From: Lobosporangium transversale
Lineage: Eukaryota
NCBI RefSeq assembly: GCF_002105155.1
Contig: NW_019029014.1
Span: 248,001 to 312,000 of the forward strand
Reading direction: 5' to 3'
Length of the DNA stretch: 64,000 bases
The position numbers and the translations under genes were made by a program. Shown piece by piece: positions 57,501-64,000 of this stretch. The notes under the pieces were generated by a model, which was not told the origin of the DNA, made no database searches, and worked only from the letters and a program-made list of their open reading frames with translations. How positions within the stretch are numbered: position 1 is the stretch's first letter; each line of letters begins with the position of its first letter.

Positions 57501-58356
57501 AGGCAAGAAAAAAAATACACGTGCGTGTACTTTGTATCTACATCTGTGGTTACACAACAAGCAACTCGAGATCTTTTCAAAGGCAAGTAGCGGATCCTTT
57601 CCTTGTTGCGATTGGTAGCAATATACAAAGCATATATTCGTTGGGAAAGGACATATTGTCATTCAATCCAGCATTTGCTGGTCTTTTTCTTTGTTATTTT
57701 TATATATTTAATATTTATAGTAAAAAAAGCCGTTGTACATTGCTCAACTTGTGGGATTGCTGGTATGTGTGAATCTTTGACCGTTAAAGGAGCAGCGAAA
57801 AATAGAAAAAAAAAGAAAGCCTCGCGAGATGTTGCATGCCTACATCTACACAATGTATTTCTTATTAGAAGTATTACAAAGGTTAACCGAAGAAAGACAA
57901 ACAGAAGCTGCATTAGAAATGAGAGCAAGTTATGTCACAGTTGACTCTATTGAAAATTTACAAAAAAGAAGACAAAAGGAGTGCACTGGCCAACGAGATC
58001 TTTGTTGTAACACTCGTGTGAATTTCCCGTGCTTGTTGATGGTGGTGATGTTGTTGTCATTGTCGTTGCCAATGTTATTGCTGTTTGCTGTTTACGTTTA
58101 TACAAAATAACGTTGTATCTGTTCAGCTGGATAACAAAAGACAAAATTGATTTGGACTATTGGACAATTTGCCCATTGAGTTAAAGGGTCTTTGCCTTTC
58201 AACTTCTAAAAAAAAAAAAAAACGACGTCACTTTTTTTTTTTTTTTTTCTTTTTTTTTTCTTTTTACTTCTCTCATCTCATTCATCTCTCACTCACTCAC
58301 TTACACTCACATTTCACATTCTCGTTCTCAATTTTGATTCCGTCTGTTTATACATT

Positions 58357-58991
58357 ATGAGCTCACCTCTTAACCCAACTAATAATCAATCGGCTGCTCA
58401 GGGCAATAATACACAGGTAGAATACGAACAAAAAATTACAAAAAACCGAAAGAAAGTTCATTCTCATGACTTCATACTGACAACCTGAGTAATTCTCTTC
58501 CACAATCGTGTTCATGCATGAAGACCCTAACCGACCAAGAGCAAAAACTGCAGCGCATGTATGGAAAACTGCCCACGGGTAGAGACTTGCTTGGTCATAA
58601 GCTCAAGGTAAAGAAAAAAAGTGGTGAAGACCGAGCTTTGGACGAGTGGTGGTACCTTTTCGCCTCTGTCTATCATCCCATCTCGTGAGGGGGTTTTTTT
58701 TAAATGATTATAGGCTAATATTCCTGCTTTTATTTCTGTGTTTGTATATGACATTCCCTGTAACAGGAGCGCAAATACTTTGATTCGGGAGATTATGCAC
58801 TTTCAAAGGCAGGAAAGACCTCGACCACAGTTGGATCACAACACCCACAGCCAGAGAATATCCCACACTCAAACCCAACACCGCCTAACGCAACCCATGG
58901 ATCACCTCCAGTCAAAGAAAGCTCATTGATACATGAATCCGAGATCCCTGAGGGCGTTTCACCTACCGTTTCGCAGTCAGGGACTCAATAA
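58357..58991 (+). CDS. Endosulfine / ARPP19 / Igo1-like PP2A inhibitor
   Basis: Exons 58357-58416, 58524-58607, 58767-58991 give QRMYGKLP...KLK|ERKYFDSGDYALSKAG...HPQPENIPH; missed by the ORF track because of splicing. Confidence 0.9.
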
Positions 58992-60302
58992 AGAATTGGG
59001 ATTTTAGTGGCAAAAAAAAAGGATTCTTAAAAAAAACTTTTTTTCTTTTCTTTAATGGATAATGAACAATGAGCAACAACAAAACAATAAAACGTAGTGA
59101 AAGCGAACAGAGCGAAAGATGAATAAAAGGAATCACAGGAAGCTGAAGGTTTACTGAAATTTAAAAATCCAGCATTTGTGGATCAATCATAAATAACAGT
59201 TATAAATGTACAACGGGGAAAAAGTTATTCTTAGTAATCGCATCTCTTGTGAAGTATAATAAAGAACAAAAAAAAAAAAAGGAAAAAAAAGGACTCTGCT
59301 GATATATTTGTCATCGTAATAAACAGAAAGGCAGTTGTACATAAAATCAGCCAACGATCAAATATTTTGATTCTTCCCGACAGCTTTGTGATGCATCGAA
59401 AATACGGGATCAAGTCAATCCCGTCAAATACTTTTTTTCCAAAGTTATATAATTTTCCAGAATGCTTTCACAATGTCGCCTCCATGGTAATTGATGATAT
59501 CTTTATTAATCCTCGGTATTATATTTTCTGATCTTTGTGAGACGAAAAAAAAAAAAAAAAAAAAAAATTCATATTTGGATGTCTGCATATTTATCATCTG
59601 TAATTAAATACGCGTCGTCTTTTTATTTATTTATTGGATTGTGTCAAGGCAATCACTGCTCACATGTTATTGGACCTTCATTCACGACAATAGTGTCTCT
59701 CATCCACATGGGCCTCCTCTCATGACTCTGGAGCCGCATCCAGATTTACAATGATGTAACTATGCATGATATAACTTGAATGATCGGCTCACCCTTGAAA
59801 TGCCAGTTGTCCCAACAAAATGTTAACTCCAACGCACGCTTGACCTTAACTACCATAAAATCCTGCAAGCATTCTCTCGTCATGTCCGATGAGTCCTAGA
59901 AACTGATGCAGATTGGATTATGTGCCCCCTTCTCCCCTCCCTTTTTTTTGTCTTGGGATAGAACAGGGAGAAATGTCTATCTGTATATATGGAGCATGCG
60001 CATGTATCTGCTTTTTATTGTGATCGTGACAAAGATGTTTAAATAGTGCAATTAGTTATCTTCTCCTTTTCTAATGTAATGTTCCTTTCCTAAAAAGGAT
60101 TTAAACCTCATCTGGAAATAAGAAGAAGGATTAAGAGGCGAAGAGCATTGAACGCTCATTTAGATATGCCGGCCTTTCTTAATATTGGACAACGTCTGAG
60201 ATCGAAATATTTAATGGAGGCCTTTTATCTTAATACTTTTTAATGGTTGAGATATATATATTACAAGTTTCTGAGTACTTTAGCACAAAGTAAATATCAT
60301 CC

Positions 60303-63300
60303 TCATTGATCCTTCGCACCTCCACCCTTATTTCCTACTTCTACTCGCTCCTGGTGATAGCTCTGCTGCATCGTATCGACCGACATGTATGATGTTAGTA
60401 GTGATGTAGAGTGCAGATGGGTCCATGCTGAGGCTGACGTCTGCGGCGAAGATAATGACGACAAGGGAGCCAATGCTGCAGCAGATTTTGAGGCCATTGT
60501 CGATTGTGGACGCGACGATGGCGGAGAGGACGACGACCCAGATGAAGGTGACGGGACGGATTCAAAAATATTATAGCCATAAATCTTGATACTCCACGTT
60601 ATACCCATCTTTTGGTGTTCATTCCACAACCGTTTCAGCATTCTTTTACAATTATCTTCATATGAAACAGCGTCCTCGCCCTCAATGGACTCGTGGCTAT
60701 TCTCGGAAGCCTTGGATTTCGTTAGGGAGCCGAAACATCCCTGTGAAGACGCCTTCTTTGACTTATTGAGATTATAGTACGCCTGGGCAGCCCATCCTAG
60801 CAGTTCACGCGGTAACTCGTATGGATACAGGTTTTCAGCTCCCACAGATTCAAGATCCTTCCAAAGCTGGAGCACAATGTTCCAATTCTTTCGCTCTGAG
60901 AATGACTGAAACAAAATATTAATGATGACAAGATCTAGCATTGGTAGGTCGTATGAATATCCAGCCTTGGGTTTAAAGGGAAATTGTCGCGATAGTGATG
61001 GGTACATGTTTGGGGGCGCCCAAGATAGACGATCTGTAGAGGTAGGGCCTTCACGGCTATCTGCTGTTTCTTCACGCCACTGAATCTCTTCTCTTTCATC
61101 CGCCTTAAGTTTCTCTCTAGTTACTGAAAGCATGCGTGAATATAGATTCAGCGCTATCCCATCAAAGCGGCCTTCATGTTCAGGTGACAATAACCCATGA
61201 ATAAAAGCTCCACAGTTGGTCGCATTCAGCTTAGGATTGTTACCCCAGAAGCTAGCCTTGAAGAACTCGATCGCTGCCAGTGGCCGTCCCAAACGAAAAT
61301 ATCCCGATATCATAGTGGTAATCTCAGCGTGGCTAAGAGGGTAGGAATCCTTTTGGATGACTTCCAAAATTGATTCGATCGCATGCGATGCGGACTCAGC
61401 CTGTGAGCCCTTGGATTTTGCTTCGTAACGATCCCCTATCCTTTTGCTACGATCGTGACTTCCTGGCTTGGATTTGTTAGAAGAGCCTGTATAGGTATTT
61501 GCAAACTCCTTGCTCAATGAGTTGACCAAGATTGTAAAGGTGACCTTATCAGGCTTCATTCCACGGCTGCGCATCATTTCAAAAAAATCGAGCGCCATCC
61601 CGGGTTGGTTCGACTTTTGTGCTAGTTGCATCAATGTGTGAAGACAGTACTTGTCCATCAGGATCACTGGTCGTTGTTGTTGCAGCGAGTTTGCGAAATC
61701 TTGTGCTAGCGTAATCTGTTTCAAATTGGCGTAGCCTTTGATTAACGTAGTAAATGTCACCACGTCCGCCTTGACTCCATACTTTGGCATCCTCCGAAAC
61801 AGCTCCACAGCCTTATCCATCTCGTCAATTATAGTGAAACCGTTCATCAACATGTTGAAAGCATTGCTATTGGGTGATATCCCAGACTTGACCATCTCAT
61901 GAAACAGCATTTCGGCTTGCTCAATGTCCCGCAGGACCACATACTGGCGAATCAATGTACCATAGGTTACCACATCGGGCTTAATACCTCTGGATTTCAT
62001 TTCCTGTAGCAAGTTATCAATCTTTGGCACAAACTCCTTGATTTGCTCATCTGTCACCGCATTAGAATCGTCCTTACGCATGATATTGCGTTCGAGTGGA
62101 GACAGCTTGTCCACGAGGAGATTCAATATAGTATTGTATGTCCACACATCTGGCTCTACGCTCTCATCCATCATCCGTTTATATAAATCCATTGCCCCTC
62201 GAAGGTTTCTAGAGTTCTTGGCATAGTCAAGCATAATGTTGAAGGTTGTCTTCGAAGAGCGAATTCCGTGGCTGTTCATGAGTTGTATCATCTCCTCTAC
62301 TTTTTCAAAGTCTTTCTGCGCTAGATAGGCTCGAAGAAGCGGATTAATACTCCCATCAACCAACGGAAGCTTCTCTGCGATGATTCTATTCAAAACCCTG
62401 CGTGCCTTCTCTACCTGGCCCTGTCGCGCGTATTGGTTCAAAAATACATTATAGATAGGGGCGGTCACATGCGCTTTAGTGGTCTCTGTCAACTCCCGCA
62501 AGACCCTGAGTGCATCAGGCATCCTGCCATGGCTCGCCAACGCAAGAATTAGCACTCGGTAATCCTCTGATCTTGGATGTAAATTCTCCTGTGGACTTTC
62601 TTTGAGCTTGTGAAATAAACCTATAACCTGGTCAAGTTGCCCCTGACGTAAATAGCTCTTCATGAGGATGCGATACGTTTTGGAATTAGGCACCAGGCCA
62701 TACTCGCCGAGGCCTTTGTAAAATCCGTTGACAAGCTCAATCTCGCCCAAATTGAGATATCCGGACATGAGTAGGTTGAATGTATAAATGTTGGGTCGAA
62801 TATCCGTAAGCAAAAGGCTTTCCAACACTCGTTGAGCTGCTCGGCCGTCCTTGTTCACCAGATGGCCACGGATTAGAATGTTGTACGTCGTCAATTGTGG
62901 GTAATAGCCATAGTCTTGCATCTCTCGGACGAGCTTCATAGCTGAAGCGATGTCCTTACACTTCATATAAGCCTCTATTGCCGTATCATATGCCTTGACG
63001 GTAGGCCGTAAAAGGCCTGATCGGTTAGTTTTGAGTTCCTGCAAACATGTAAGCAATGCATCGATCTGACTCGCATCTGCTAGAACCCTCATCAGATCGT
63101 GATATTGCTCCTGAGGACCTTCTCGGATTGAGGGCGAAGACGAATTTGATATGATGATCTTCGATTTGATCCGCTCGATCCATGTAGGTATTTGTTCCCT
63201 CATCTTCCAGCAATTTAGTGTATCCAGGAACAAGCTATAAACCTTATGGTTTGACTTTGGCGTTTTGATCGCATGGTGGAAATCCTCAAAAATAAGCTCC

Positions 63301-64000
63301 AATTTCATCAATCCACTTGAAACTGACTCACATGATCCCGATGAAAATGGTGATAATTTGAGGGCTCCAATAAGTCTAATAAAGTCCTCTCGTCCTAAGG
63401 CTGTATTGCCAAGATTCCGATCAGGTGTTGTTAATTCCATGCGCCATTGCTTAGCAGTCTGTTCATATAATGGCCACCAAATACTAATCGGATCACGCTG
63501 GTAAAGGGACTTCCGCAGAGACTCCTCTAATTCTGATCCTGGCGCCATCAAACTATTCCTCCAGGGGGCCTCAGACTGTTTAATCGTGGATAGGTTCAGC
63601 AAAGAGGGCTCTGCAAAGGATTCGGGAATACTTGGGAATAAAGTTTGAAAGTCGGTCGTGGATGATTCCTTTAATGCGGTCGAGAGGTCCAAAATGGGCG
63701 TTGACGCTCCCAATGGCGACGACGAGTTTGCTGGGAATGCAGAAGCAGATGTTGCAGGTGTTGCAGATGTAGATGCTGTAAAGGGTAACGCCGAAAGCTC
63801 CGCTTCTACATTGGATGTCATTGAGGCTGTAGTTGAAGATGAAAGAAAGCGTGAACTTACAGATACGGTAAGCCTAGCCCCAGAAGGCGCAGGAAAAACA
63901 AGCATGGGGCGTACTAGACTACTGAGCTGCGGGTGGGGCTGGTGGTGGAGAGCTTCGGGTCGCGTCCGTGATGGTCCCTTGTTATAAACAATGGTGTTGC
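60303..64000 (-). CDS. Pentatricopeptide repeat (PPR) protein, probably mitochondrial; 5' end runs off the window
   Basis: Many 35-aa repeats (PNIYTFNLLMSGY, PDVVTYGTLIRQY, PDKVTFTILVNSL); the frame stays open from 63905 to the window edge. Confidence 0.92.
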   Translation of the reverse strand, partial: NTIVYNKGPSRTRPEALHHQPHPQLSSLVRPMLVFPAPSGARLTVSVSSRFLSSSTTASMTSNVEAELSALPFTASTSATPATSASAFPANSSSPLGASTPILDLSTALKESSTTDFQTLFPSIPESFAEPSLLNLSTIKQSEAPWRNSLMAPGSELEESLRKSLYQRDPISIWWPLYEQTAKQWRMELTTPDRNLGNTALGREDFIRLIGALKLSPFSSGSCESVSSGLMKLELIFEDFHHAIKTPKSNHKVYSLFLDTLNCWKMREQIPTWIERIKSKIIISNSSSPSIREGPQEQYHDLMRVLADASQIDALLTCLQELKTNRSGLLRPTVKAYDTAIEAYMKCKDIASAMKLVREMQDYGYYPQLTTYNILIRGHLVNKDGRAAQRVLESLLLTDIRPNIYTFNLLMSGYLNLGEIELVNGFYKGLGEYGLVPNSKTYRILMKSYLRQGQLDQVIGLFHKLKESPQENLHPRSEDYRVLILALASHGRMPDALRVLRELTETTKAHVTAPIYNVFLNQYARQGQVEKARRVLNRIIAEKLPLVDGSINPLLRAYLAQKDFEKVEEMIQLMNSHGIRSSKTTFNIMLDYAKNSRNLRGAMDLYKRMMDESVEPDVWTYNTILNLLVDKLSPLERNIMRKDDSNAVTDEQIKEFVPKIDNLLQEMKSRGIKPDVVTYGTLIRQYVVLRDIEQAEMLFHEMVKSGISPNSNAFNMLMNGFTIIDEMDKAVELFRRMPKYGVKADVVTFTTLIKGYANLKQITLAQDFANSLQQQRPVILMDKYCLHTLMQLAQKSNQPGMALDFFEMMRSRGMKPDKVTFTILVNSLSKEFANTYTGSSNKSKPGSHDRSKRIGDRYEAKSKGSQAESASHAIESILEVIQKDSYPLSHAEITTMISGYFRLGRPLAAIEFFKASFWGNNPKLNATNCGAFIHGLLSPEHEGRFDGIALNLYSRMLSVTREKLKADEREEIQWREETADSREGPTSTDRLSWAPPNMYPSLSRQFPFKPKAGYSYDLPMLDLVIINILFQSFSERKNWNIVLQLWKDLESVGAENLYPYELPRELLGWAAQAYYNLNKSKKASSQGCFGSLTKSKASENSHESIEGEDAVSYEDNCKRMLKRLWNEHQKMGITWSIKIYGYNIFESVPSPSSGSSSSPPSSRPQSTMASKSAAALAPLSSLSSPQTSASAWTHLHSTSLLTSYMSVDTMQQSYHQERVEVGNKGGGAKDQ

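Overview
Eukaryotic, intron-rich fungal DNA with very many poly(A)/poly(T) tracts; the gene families suggest an early-diverging, Mortierellaceae-like fungus (inference). Host genes: Sec2-like Rab GEF, two tandem BTB proteins, a Na/K-ATPase-like P-type ATPase, an F-box/LRR protein, a Nudix hydrolase, FANCL, an ABCC transporter, a chitin deacetylase, pirin, prenyltransferase alpha subunit, an atypical G-alpha, an endosulfine and a PPR protein. Mobile DNA: a Crypton-type tyrosine-recombinase gene, a decayed pogo/Tc5 transposase, two MITEs with clean target-site duplications (TSDs) and a solo-LTR-like insert. The most notable structure is a ~9.3 kb stack of three same-orientation, poly(A)-tailed non-LTR retrotransposon pieces (one near full length, two 3' stubs, apparently two families). 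The stack is bracketed by a 7-bp direct repeat (CTGATTC) that ends 7 bp upstream of a tRNA-Thr(UGU) gene, which suggests LINEs that repeatedly insert at a Pol III start region. All calls were made by eye; exon boundaries are approximate and no database searches were run.
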